Shown here piece after piece: positions 25,063 through 36,759 of a stretch of 64,000 nt of DNA; positions within the stretch are counted from its first letter, which is position 1, and the number at the start of each line of letters is the position of its first letter. The notes under the pieces are model-generated. The model saw only the letters and a program-made list of their open reading frames with translations. It searched no databases and was not told where the DNA came from. The position numbers and the translations under genes are program-made. Source of the DNA: Epiperipatus broadwayi (lineage: Eukaryota; Animalia; Onychophora); assembly GCA_028023455.1 (NCBI GenBank), contig JAQFVV010000003.1, positions 12,896,001 through 12,960,000 on the forward strand, given 5' to 3'.

Positions 25063-27704
25063 GTAGCATTTAATGTAATAACAAATGAAATAAATAACTA
25101 TTCTTGACAGATTTCAGAATTGGAAAATAATAGTGGAAGGTATATCTCATTAACAATATTGGCTTTGTGCTCATCATTATTTATCATCATCCCTAATATT
25201 ATAACTGATGAATGAAATTATCATACACATTCAAGTATGCAGATTGTTATGTGTGTTAATATGTATGCTTTTAATTATTTATAGGAATATTACATCGGGG
25301 GTGTGATTAGTTTATGTATATTGTTTAAATTATTAAGAATTTTAAACTTCTCTCTTAATATTATAATAAATAAAATTAAAAACGTGTGTAGCGCTTGAAA
25401 GAGAAGCTATAACGAATGCACACATATTAAACACTTGGTGTTTTCGAGGCGGTTTAAGTAAATACATATTATTGTTTGGTAATGAAATTCAAACAAAATG
25501 CTTACCAAATTATTCTTACAATTTAATGCACATGTATATAATTTTGAATTAGATTTAATATAATGTTTAAAAAAAATGATTCATATGCAATTTTAGTAGA
25601 ACATTTTGTTTTTATTTTGATTCAAAATCAATAAACAATCAAACCCATCTGCTTTGATCTTCAGAATAGTTCCCTATAACTAATTTAATAAAAATAAGTA
25701 CTATTAATTAAAACAACAATAACAAAAAAATATTACAAAATGGAAAGTCTTTCAAGAGTTTTTGTCTTAAGTTTTTCTCTTCTCCAAACTACATGCCATT
25801 ACCTCCAACTCACTTTATTTAAAATTTTTATAAATCTGTCTTGATAAAATTATGACTTTGTTATTATTTTCATGAATCAAGATTTTGTAGATTTGTTTCT
25901 TTATATAGATATATTGGTAAGCTTAGTAAAAAAATGAAAATAATATAAATAGCATTATATGAGTAATTGGGTGCATTTCATCTTTCACATTTTGAAATAA
26001 AACATATAAAATCTACTTGATATAAACGAGTTTCAAGCCTATTTTGATTTGTTATTAATGATGTTGAAGTTTGGAAAAGGTGATGAAAGATTTCAGCTGA
26101 AACACTAATCCTATGGATTTTGTATTGTCATAATTCACAATTCAGCATTTGCTATTGTATAATATCTTTTTTCTTAGTTAAATAATGAGCTAATAAAGAG
26201 GATTTTAATGCGCTCAATCAAAATATGCCTAAAAATATAGGTATAAAATGAGAACAACTAAGTCATATAATTATATTCTTCAAAAATTAAGATAGGTGTT
26301 CAAATATGTACATGTGACACTCGTACAGTTTATATTTGGTTGATGTCACTAACATAAAAATTTGTAATTTTTTAATAAGTATTCTGAATTAATCTTAAAT
26401 ATATAATTAATTTCTTTTCAAAATATTTTTTTTTTATTCTTCAGTAGTTTAATTTAATTTTTTTTTTAAAATAATTTTTAGGTTTATTTATTAGAATTGC
26501 ATATCAACTATTAATATGTATTAAGTCTGCAGTATCATAGAATATCAAGTACTGTATTTAAATTTGTAGGTTAATAATCCATTTCTAATGACAATTTCTT
26601 TTTAAGATCAAAAAGCTCAGCTATATAATGAAAGAATTTGCATTGAATGAATGCCATAGTGATAAAAAAATAAATAAATAAAATATTTCTATTCAGTAGG
26701 TTGTTAATTTACACTTATATATTGACAGTGTTTGTTTTTTTAAGATTACTTGCAGTATGTATATACATTAATTTATTCATTGTACTTGAATCATATTTGC
26801 TTAAAGTTGCATGAAACCAAGATTAAATAAAATAATGTTATTTATATAAATCATAACTTGTGCTAAAATAATAATATAATGATCATGAAAATTTAAAAGG
26901 TCTCTTCATAATTTATCAAATTTTAGGGAACAAGATTTATGGTATTGTGTAATAATTCAGTTTTGATTATAAAAATATTTACACAAAATGCTAATGACAA
27001 ATAAGTCAGTGTTATCTACTACTTTCACAAATAAATGACATGTAATTCCTTAGGAATACAAGAATTAATGGATAGCAGATAGTTGTACCAAACAAAAACC
27101 TTATTGGTTTCTGGCTATTGGTTATCCTCAATATGGAGCACACTTTGTAACTCTTAGCCATTTTTTTTATTTAAGAATGGACACTAAGGCTATGCCATTG
27201 TATTGAATAGCATAAGAAAAATAAAAAGATGGCTGTTTTTCTGGCTAAACTATGCTTCCAATCTATAAACTATTATAGGAATCTGTGTAGCTCTACCATA
27301 TAGTTTCCATTGATTATTCATTCTTATAAAAATGAATGATATAAGATAGTGTATGCTATCAAATTCAGATTAAATGTAAGCTTGAATAATTATTGCTTTA
27401 CTTTGTTTCAGTATATATCATTATTTTTTCAAAAGATCAAATTTTCCTACAATTAAACTCATAACTGAAGTCTCAGAAATATATAATTAATGATTTAATC
27501 TCTGATTGATACAGCTTGACTGGCAAGAATGATTAGAATCAAAACCATAAATATTTGAAAATTCAAAATCATACTTTTTTTTTATTGAGAGAGGCCAATA
27601 ACTAGAAAAGTCTAGGGATAAAATTTAACATTGCCATTTGATATCTATTATTTATTATTATATAGATGGTCATAAATAAAGTGGTTTGAGATAGATTGCT
27701 GTTA

Positions 27705-29545
27705 GAAATCAAATTGTTGACCAAACTTATTAATAATTTTTATTAGTCATTCATTAGACTAGAGATTATCCAATAAAGGATAATGTCTGTAGTATAATTT
27801 TCACTAAACCACTCTCACGCAAGGTAGGGACTGGTTTCTATCTATTTTTAACACCTTGTGGAAGGATGTAATCATAAACATATGACTAGAGACATGTAAA
27901 AATATGTCTGATCCCGAAGATGCACATTTCATATTGAACTAATACTCTATCAGTTGGCCCAGACTACAATCTCTTACACATATCTTTATCATTATTCAGT
28001 GTGTATATATAGACTCTAGAAATATTATTCATTGTTGGGTAATCTCTAATCTAATGAATGACTAATAAAAATTATTAATATAGGTTTGGGTCAAAGTTGT
28101 GAAAACAGCAAGTTTGACACATCAATTAAACAGTAATTCTTAAACATCCGTTGACCTTGAGTTTGGTTGAAAAGGTAAAATAATTAATAAATATAAACTA
28201 ATTAATAGCACCGTCTCATTCTGAGCGAATCGTTCTAACATTGGTTGAAGAAAATTTATAAACCATAGTGCTTTCATGGTAAGAAAGATAGGCCTGTATT
28301 CAGTCTTTTGTTTAGCTCTTTGTATAGATATGCTTGTTGGCAGTTCTCATGAATCTATTTGCACGAGATTCCCCATAATGCACAGAGCTGAGGAGCATGC
28401 ATGTTGTTCAGTAAATTGTTAAGAGATGGGAGCTATCTAAAATTACCCCTGTATGTGTTAGCGCAAATCTTGCTAAGGTTATTTGCAATATGTGGGATGT
28501 AATTGAAGGTTTATCCACACTTTACTAATATTATTAATGCATTTAATTTTTTTTACATTGGTGTAAAATTTACCGTTTTAATAGGCATGTTGTGATTACA
28601 GCCAAACCCTATTAGATCATTAATGTATGCATCTATATTGTTTTTCCTTTCTGTCTTATATTTATATAGATTTTTGTTTCTGTATAAGAAACATTTAAAG
28701 CCTCTGAGGATCTATAAAATTGCATGTTCTAACCCATCCTGCACCTCTGTGTATTATAGGCAATCTCATGCAAATAGATCCATGAGAATTGACCAATGCA
28801 CATATCTATACAACAGAGCTAAACAAGACTGAATATAGATTTATCTTTCTTAATCATGAATGCACCATGGATCATACATTTTTTCCATCCAACGTTACAA
28901 TAGTTTGGTCAGAAAAAGCAACAGAAAAAAGAAAGTATTGGGCATTGCAAAGGATCTACATTCCATTCACAAAAAGGATTCATGTGTTCCATTATCTGGT
29001 AAATGGAATATCTAATTGCCTTATTTGCATATTGTTCTTCATTTACATTTTATATAAGCATATCTGTACTGCATAATTTTATTCAGCACTATGATTCTGG
29101 CAGTGTTTTGCCGAAAGCTAACTCAGACCGATTAATTAGTTTATGTTTATTGTTTTATCTTTTCAACCAAACTTGAGGTCATGGAGTGTTTAAGAATTAC
29201 ATAGCTAAGTTGAGATTCACTGTACAATTAAATTGTAGTAATTTGCTAAATATATATACTGAACAATGATAAAGATATGTATAAGAGATTGTGGTCTGAA
29301 CCAACTGATGAGTGCTGGTTCAGTGTGAAATGTGCATCTTGGGGGTCATAGTTCTCTTTCACATCTTTGATCATACATTTATTTATATCCGTGAAATGTG
29401 CATCTTGGGGGTCATAGTTCTCTTTCACATCTTTGATCATACATTTATTTATATCCCTTCATGAGATGTTAAAAGTGGATAGAAATCAGTTCCTATCTTG
29501 CATGGTAGTGGTGTAGAGACAATTACATTACAGAGATACTTATTG
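27705..29545. mobile_element. Inverted-repeat element of the hammerhead-bearing family (modules about 27796-28000 and 29258-29515), with a nested unrelated inverted repeat
   Basis: The two modules are reverse complements and are homologous to 49696-50265 and 63569-64000. Confidence 0.8.
29301..29342 (+). ncRNA. Minimal type I hammerhead ribozyme motif; predicted cleavage 3' of C29338 (AUC)
   Basis: CCAA-CTGATGA-GTGCTG GTT CAGTGT-GAAA-TG TG CA-TC-TTGG. Stem I CCAA/TTGG, invariant core, stem II (3 Watson-Crick and 3 G.U pairs), short self-complementary stem III. Activity untested. Confidence 0.72.
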
Positions 29546-29734
29546 TTGACTAAGCTTATTCAAGAAGATGAAAAACAATTTTCTGGAAAAATAATTTATT
29601 TATTTAGAATTGGAAGTTGTTTGAACATTTAAAATTTTTAATGAATATAGCTTAATATTTATTTTCAGGAAAAGATTCATAAACATTATAAATGACTATT
29701 TACAATATATATATATTCATTTTTTTTTTTTTAG

Positions 29735-29954
29735 TGTCATAACAATATTATCCGAGATGTTCTCTTTCTTCATAGTAGTTGGCCATGGGTAAGAGGGCAT
29801 CAAAATGGAATCTTATCAGCTTCAACTGATGGAGCTTTCAAAGTAATCACTCTTGATGGGCGTACTTTACATTCATTTGAAGTGGGTCACAGCTTGAACT
29901 CTGTGGCTCCAACTCCTGAGGTTTATGGTTCTTCAGCAGAAGATGGCTTTTGCA
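29735..29954 (+). CDS. WD40-repeat protein exon 6 (CHNNIIRDVLFLHSSWPWVRGHQNGILSASTDGAFKVITLDGRTLHSFEVGHSLNSVAPTPEVYGSSAEDGFC)
   Basis: Poly-T plus tag acceptor, gtaagt donor, 220 nt phase 0/1, open frame. YD|CHNNIIRDV restores a WD repeat start across the 23,444-bp intron. Confidence 0.93.
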
Positions 29955-29972
29955 GTAAGTATTATAAAATTT

Positions 29973-30926
29973 CTATTATTTATATAGTGCAGCTTACATA
30001 TGTAATATTGTAAAGAAGGAACAGTCACTCTGGTCATGTACTTTACAAATCTTTTGCACTCACCCATGAGTATAAACTTGAAAAGCATAAATGTACACTT
30101 ATGCTTAGAACTTATTTATATATGAGCTACTCTTTGCTCACCATACTAAAATCAGGGCTTGAATCTATTATGTGCCTGAGTTATATATTATTAATTTAAT
30201 TGGATAAAGCTATTTCATCTATAGCAGAAGAGAGATACAATCTCATTTTTAACCACCTGCGATGAAATATATAGTAAATTTTGAATTTACTTTTAATATA
30301 ATATTATAAAGAAGGAACAATCTCTCCGATCGTACACTTTATGAATCATCTTGCACTCGCCTGTGAGATCAGATAGATTTATCCAATTAAATTAATAATA
30401 TATAAACTCAGATATAATAGATTTAAGCTCTGATTTCAGCACAGTGAGCAAAGTCTGGCTTAGATATATATATATAAGCTCTAAAACATAAGCGTACATT
30501 TATGCTTTTCAAGTTGATGCTCATGGGCGAGTGCAAGATTTCTTAAAACACATGATCGAAGGAATTGTTTATTCTGTATAACATTACATACACAGCTGCG
30601 CTATATAGAATTTTATTAAAAGTAAATTCAAAATTTACAATATATTTCTTCCCAGGTGGTTAAAAATGAGATTGTATCTCTCTCCTGCTATAAATCAAAA
30701 ACTTTATCCAATTAAATTAATAATATACAACTCAGGCACATAATAGATTCAAGCCCTGATTTCAGCATGGTGAGCAAAGATTGACATATATATATAAATA
30801 AGCTCCGAGCATAAGTGTAAACTTATGCTTTTTAAGTCGATGTTCATGGGCGAGTGCAAGGAGATTCGTAATGTACATGATGAGAGGGATTATTCCTTCT
30901 CTGTAATAGTATGTATTATATAATAG
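29973..30926. repeat. Foldback element of about 950 bp built from a ~330-bp unit in forward, partial and inverted copies
   Basis: 29973-30300 is the reverse complement of about 30610-30926 (e.g. cagggcttgaatctattatgtgcctgagtt / aactcaggcacataatagattcaagccctg). An additional partial inverted unit lies at 30380-30610. Confidence 0.88.
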
Positions 30927-32239
30927 ATAATTGTTAAAGCTAATTTAATTGAATTGTAAAATCTTGAAAATAATCTGAATATATGCTCTTTCAACATTTT
31001 CCCCACTTTTTTCCCCAAAAATTCATTCCATTATGCGCTTTCTTTTATATATATATTTAAAATTGCTTGAAATATTAAAATTCATAAATGAATATTGCAT
31101 AAATTGTTTTTTAAAATGATTAAAAATTCTTTTTGTTCATTAAAAAATTTGCTCAGATAGCTTTTTAAATGATGATTAATTGTGTTTTGAATAAAAAATT
31201 TATTTGTTCTACATGTATTTTTTATTCTTGTGAATATATATATATATATATTGCTTTACTTAATGCTAATGAAGTCCATTGTATAAATACATCATTTATC
31301 TTCCACAGAAATTTAGTAAAAAGTAGAGAATTGTGTTAAGTAGTTACAAGAAATATAAAGGGAAATAGTTAAGTTTTCAACATTAATGTGAAAATAAATG
31401 TTCAGTTTGTAAATAATAATTGCCAGAACTGAAAATCTTTGCCTTTACAATATTATTTTTTGAAATTCTTGGTGTGATTTAAGAGATATTTTTTCACTTA
31501 AAAATATTCATAATTAAAATTAATTGTGAACATAGAAGTAAAATAATCTCTTAAAAAAAAAAAAATGACTATCATTTATTCAAATAACTTTTTTTAAATC
31601 TTGTATTTTTATTAGTACATTTTAATAAATGTTCTTAGTATTTAAATTTTTTAATCAAGATCTTTTTTTTTTTTATCATTCTTATTATAAATAAAATATA
31701 GTTTCTATTACAGACTTCTCTTTTTTCTCTCTCCAGAAGTGAATTAGCTATATAATCCAGTAAATATAATGAAACTGTCAAGAAAATTTTGAAACATATA
31801 TGTATATTTATTTTAGTCAGATTAAAGTATAACTAATTCAGTATAAATAAATAATTTCTTATTGAAAAAATGATATAATTAGCAATATTCCCAACACACA
31901 TATCATGTAACAAATGTATTTTAATTGCAGTTTTATACATGTAAAAAAAAAGTGTAAATCACGTATCTAAAGTGTTGTTTTGTCTGTACAGATGGATTTT
32001 CAAATTCTTTCTAGTCTAAGTAAAAATAGAGAGAGAAAAAATTCAAATCATACTTATCACCAAGCAAAATACAGAAGTCACAAGACTAATATGGTATAAT
32101 TTTAACATAGTATTAACTGAATGTATATATATAACATAACATAAACTCATTTTCACATTTATATTTAACAGACTTTTAACATTAATATGTAATATTAAAA
32201 AATATTATATTTCAATAACATATCACTGTAAATATAATG

Positions 32240-34225
32240 GGTAATAGTATAAATACTGAACCCTACCATCTGATGGTGCTCTTTTTCGCCCAATTCACAT
32301 CAATATACCGATTCACAAGCCGTCTGTTTGTTGACATAATATTACGGTAAAAGATTTTTTTTTTTTTCCCACCGGTTTTTATTATTTTTTCGTTGGCGAC
32401 GGTAAACCATCAAAGTTGTTTTTTATTATATAATATTACGGTAAAAGTTTTTTTTTCAACCGGTTTTTAGTTTTTTTTCGGCAGCGAAGGTAAACCACCA
32501 AAGTTTTCTTTTTATTCCACCCGGGGTTTTTTTTTGTTTTTAATAAACAAGTACTTTGTTTTTAGATGATCTAGGGGTGTTGGTTTGTTTGTAAATTAAT
32601 GACTAACTGTCCGTAGGTTTCTTTACATAATATTACTTACGGTAAACCAAATTTTTTTTTCACAGTTTTTTTTTTTTTGGTTCATTTTTTTTAAAGAAAC
32701 AAACACTTTGTTTTTAGATGGTGTAGGGGTGTTGGTTTGCTTTTAAATTATCGATTAACACTCCGTCGGTTTGTTTACACAAAAATACGGTAACAAACAC
32801 TTTGTTGTTTTTAGATGGTGGAGAAGGGGGTTGGTTGTTTGCTTTTAACTTATCTTCTTTTTTTTTTTGGTTGATGTTTTGATTTGCTGAAAGACTTCAA
32901 CAATTCGGTACTTTTGAATAAACCAACACTTGATTTTTTAGAGGGTGGAGGGGAGAGGGGTTGTTTTGATTTTGAATTGTCATCTTTTTTTTTTTTGTTG
33001 TTAATTTATTATGAGGCTTTTTTTTTTTTTTGTTTCAAATCTTTACGCTACAGAAAGCTTTATATGATAGCGAAAAGTTCTTCCTTAATTTTTTGGGCCT
33101 TTAATTTTAAAAAAAGACATAAACAGTTCATTTTTAAAGAACCCTTTTTTTTTAAATCGGGGGAGGAGGGGTGGCGGGGAAGGTTTGTTTTGATTTTTAA
33201 TTATCGACTTCTTTTTGGATTTTCTTTTTGAACATTTTATTATGTTACTGCACAGTTCTTAATTTTTATTTTATTTTTTTTGGGTGGGGCCTTTTGAATA
33301 AACTCTTAAACACTTCTGGTTTTTTTTTTGGTATAATAAAATATTACCTACTTTAACTGTTAATGAAACTTATCAAATATTACCTACCTACTTTATAATC
33401 ATGTGTACAACAAAAACAACAACAAGTTTCCCCACAAAATAATTTATTGAATCAAAAAGAAATGAAACTTTGGACAAGTTGTGAAGCAAAATAAGTAAAA
33501 AAAAAACACCACCATTTTCGGGGGCATAAAAAACAGCAGCCAAAAGTAACACACAAATAAAATAACAGGGAAGCCTCAAAGCTGTAAGTAGCAGGATTTT
33601 GGAGCCTTCGAACCAATAATTTCCCTTACGCAGACCTACATAGGTACGCTTGCAGGAGTTTCTCTTTCTGGGAAAACATAATATTGTGCATCCACTTGTG
33701 TGGCTGGCTGGAATTTCACTCAGCTTTGACCAATTCGGACAACTTACAGACGACATTAGACAGTTCTCACACGGATTTGCACGTAAACGGGCATTTGCGC
33801 ACGAAATCGGAAAAAACTCTGCTGAAAAGAAGAACCTTTTCAAGTTGTGGACAGTTCAAAAGCATAGGGAAGCGTGTTTGACGACATGACAATTCTTAAT
33901 ATGGAATACTAATTTACTACGCTGTCTAAAAAATTTCCGACAATGAATTTTTGCAGAGTTTCGTCTCTTTCAAATATGGCCACCATCAAATCAAACCGCA
34001 GCGAGAGTTCAAAAGCGCTCACTTGACAAATACTGTCGCAATGCCATAGGCGTAGTATTTCGTTACGTAATCATAGAATATATCGCCCTCAGGTGGCCTG
34101 TTACGGCTCAAAAAACATCTCTTGTACTGTCAGCGTAAGTTAAGGCTGCTAAAACGGTATATTGATGTGTGTTTTGTGAAAAACAGCGCCATCAGACGGC
34201 AGGGTTCAGTTTTCATACTATTGCC
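32240..34225 (-). mobile_element. Non-autonomous Merlin-type (IS1595/IS1016-related) DNA transposon, copy 2, both ends intact, with a frameshifted transposase N-terminal relic
   Basis: 71-bp imperfect TIRs (32240-32310, 34155-34225) starting GGTAA/GGCAA. Perfect 8-bp TSD ATATAATG at 32232-32239 and 34226-34233. Minus-strand relic with Cys motifs and LRKGNYWFEGSKI (about 33590-33860). No DDE domain seen. Confidence 0.88.
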
Positions 34226-34939
34226 ATATAATGTTATAGTGCAAACAGTTATTTATACTCATAATTTCAAACTCTCATGCAGTCAGAAAAACTATTCTGG
34301 AAATGTGGATATAGCATCACCATTTAATATCCATTTCTTATTCAAGCTTATAATAGATAGCTCTGAAATTGAACAAATAGAGTGAACTATAACTGTTAAA
34401 AGGTGTTTGAGTTTGTTTTTAATTGAAAAAAAATTTTTTTTCATTCTTCACTAAGACCTTAACAAAGCTGTCCAAATTCCTTACATCCTTTTTATAAATT
34501 TTTTGTCATTTTCTGGTGACTTAAGTAGCTTTCACTTTTGTATTTGAAACTGAGAACACAATCTTTTTTTTTTTTTTTACACATCATTTGAATTTTCTTG
34601 GGAGACAAAATGAATCTGACTTTATATGTGAATACTTACTTTTTTATTTATAATAGACAGAAATAAATTCTAGTTCTCATTCTCTGGAAGCTATAAAATT
34701 AATCATTCAAAGCAGGAATTATTCTAAAAGGATAGCATTAAGAGTCTTGAGCTTCAGCTCTAGGCTGTTAGTTGATGATGATTTCTTTGTTTGGCTGCAT
34801 TATATCTGTAGATTATTTTCAAATAAAGTAAGATTGTTTAACTTGTAAGAACTACCATATATTATTTGGGATGTTATCAAATTTTGTGAAGTTAGAAAGA
34901 AAAATAAGCAATGATATAAGGTTTATTATAATTAAAATT

Positions 34940-35700
34940 TTAAAGAACAATATTGTGGGGATTGCAGTATAATGGAAAAGAACAAGTGCAGAGATAATTC
35001 AGATTTATGCTCCAAGTTTTATTGTTGTAGAATGTTGTATTCTGTTTATGAGAACAAAATACAGAGGAACTATGAGATATTCCTCATTGTTTAGAGGGAA
35101 AGTTGAAGGTAGTATCTTTTTTTTGGAATTAGAGTCAAGTTCCCAGATTTTGAAAAAAAAATCCAATATTTTTAGTAAGAAAATTTTCTTTTTCTAGGAA
35201 AAATCTCTTTTGTGAGATCAGTATCATCAACATAAATAATTTTTTTGTGTTCAGTTTATCTCCATTCAGTCTTCATCTTATGATGAAATCCTGATTAATG
35301 AGTTAGTACATAATTGAAAGTGTTAGTGGTGATTTTATTATATATAATTATTTGTATAAAATATGTGTTTGGACAAGTAGATACATACGAAACTATCAAT
35401 AATGGTTGTTATGTTAAAACTTAAAAATAAAATGAGTGTGTTTTGAAACTTTAGTATAATAATTAGGTTTCCACATACATATTGTAAGAAGTAAAAAATA
35501 GATGATGATATTAAATGAAAGAACAGTTATGAAAAATAGTCTACAATTAAGTTGTAGAAACTATCTAATGACAGATAAAATTGATAACGTTGTTTTAATA
35601 TTTTTATTTATTATATTTAAAAATGGTGCAAGATTTTATGGATGTGTTCTAAATTGGATCAGCACTCAAGATTATTTTATTAGAATTAAAGAAATATGTT
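34940..35700 (+). mobile_element. Decayed LINE apurinic-endonuclease region
   Basis: IIQIYAP motif at about 34994-35014; the rest is heavily disrupted and boundaries are uncertain. Confidence 0.45.
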
Positions 35701-35776
35701 TCTGAAAAAAGTGTATTGTTTCTTTTATAACAATTCAATCACTTAAAATAATTATATATGTAATATGTATTTTTAG

Positions 35777-35879
35777 GCTGTTTAATGTTAGGCGGTGATT
35801 TAGTATCGGCGTATGTTCCTGAGCTAGGAGTTCAAGAAACGCTTGCTCAACATGGCCAATCGCCAATATGGAAATTAAG
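35777..35879 (+). CDS. WD40-repeat protein exon 7 (S-CLMLGGDLVSAYVPELGVQETLAQHGQSPIWKL)
   Basis: tttttag acceptor, gtaaga donor, 103 nt phase 1/2. Confidence 0.92.
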
Positions 35880-36095
35880 GTAAGAAATTTCATAATATAA
35901 ATGTATTGCTTTTTTGTAATGAATTTTAAAAATTTTATGTTATATACAATTTTTGAGAAAAAATTGTTATCAAACTTCTATTTCTAACTATCAGTTGTTA
36001 TTTCTTGATAATAGAGCCAAGAAACTCTTTAGAATTAGTAAATCTATTTTTCAACAAATCACATAACATTTGTGCAAATATTTTTTTTTTATTAG

Positions 36096-36247
36096 ATACA
36101 CCTCAAATGGAAGTACATTATACACTTGCTGTGACCGAGGTATTGTAAGAAAATATCGCAGATATCCTGATCACCATGAGTTTCTAGGAGAAGTTTTAAT
36201 GCATAAAGGGGATATAGAAGATATGGATTTATCACCTTATGATGAAT
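36096..36247 (+). CDS. WD40-repeat protein exon 8 (R-YTSNGSTLYTCCDRGIVRKYRRYPDHHEFLGEVLMHKGDIEDMDLSPYDE)
   Basis: Poly-T plus tag acceptor, gtatcc donor, 152 nt phase 2/1. This is the real core of track ORF 36070..36261. Confidence 0.92.
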
Positions 36248-36759
36248 GTATCCTTAATTAATATATATCATAGTAGCCAAAAGTTCCATATAATTTTAGA
36301 ACAAACCTCACAAATATTTTATAAATCATGAAATTATCTTTTCATAAACATTATATCATCCTAAATATGTGATAACTAAACAATTCTTTCTCAGAATATA
36401 TTTTTTCTAATATAGCAAATATTGTATTTATGCTAAATTTCCACCTGAATTTTATTCTTGTGTTTGGTTTTCTGTTTTTTTAAAGAGAATAGATAGAAGC
36501 TATGGTAGTAGTTCATCCATAAATTGACATCTCTTTTCCGTGTACAAATGGTCCCTTCCTTCAGATTCTTTAAAGTGTAATCTATAGAATGTGGGTTTAT
36601 TTCAATTTGATTTGCTAGTCCTGATGCAGTGTTAACTTTTTTGCAAGATTCTTTTTTAAAAGTGTAAAACAGTGCTAAATCTACAGAGTATAACTTCCTG
36701 TGAAGCTAGAATAATTTGTGGCTTTGTATTTCCTTTATTGTTATTTATTCATAATATTC

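Noticed and set aside
32261-34204. piggyBac assignment based on CCCT...AGGG
   Set aside because: The inverted repeat extends 21 bp further out to GGTAA/GGCAA, where an 8-bp TSD is found; there is no TTAA site.
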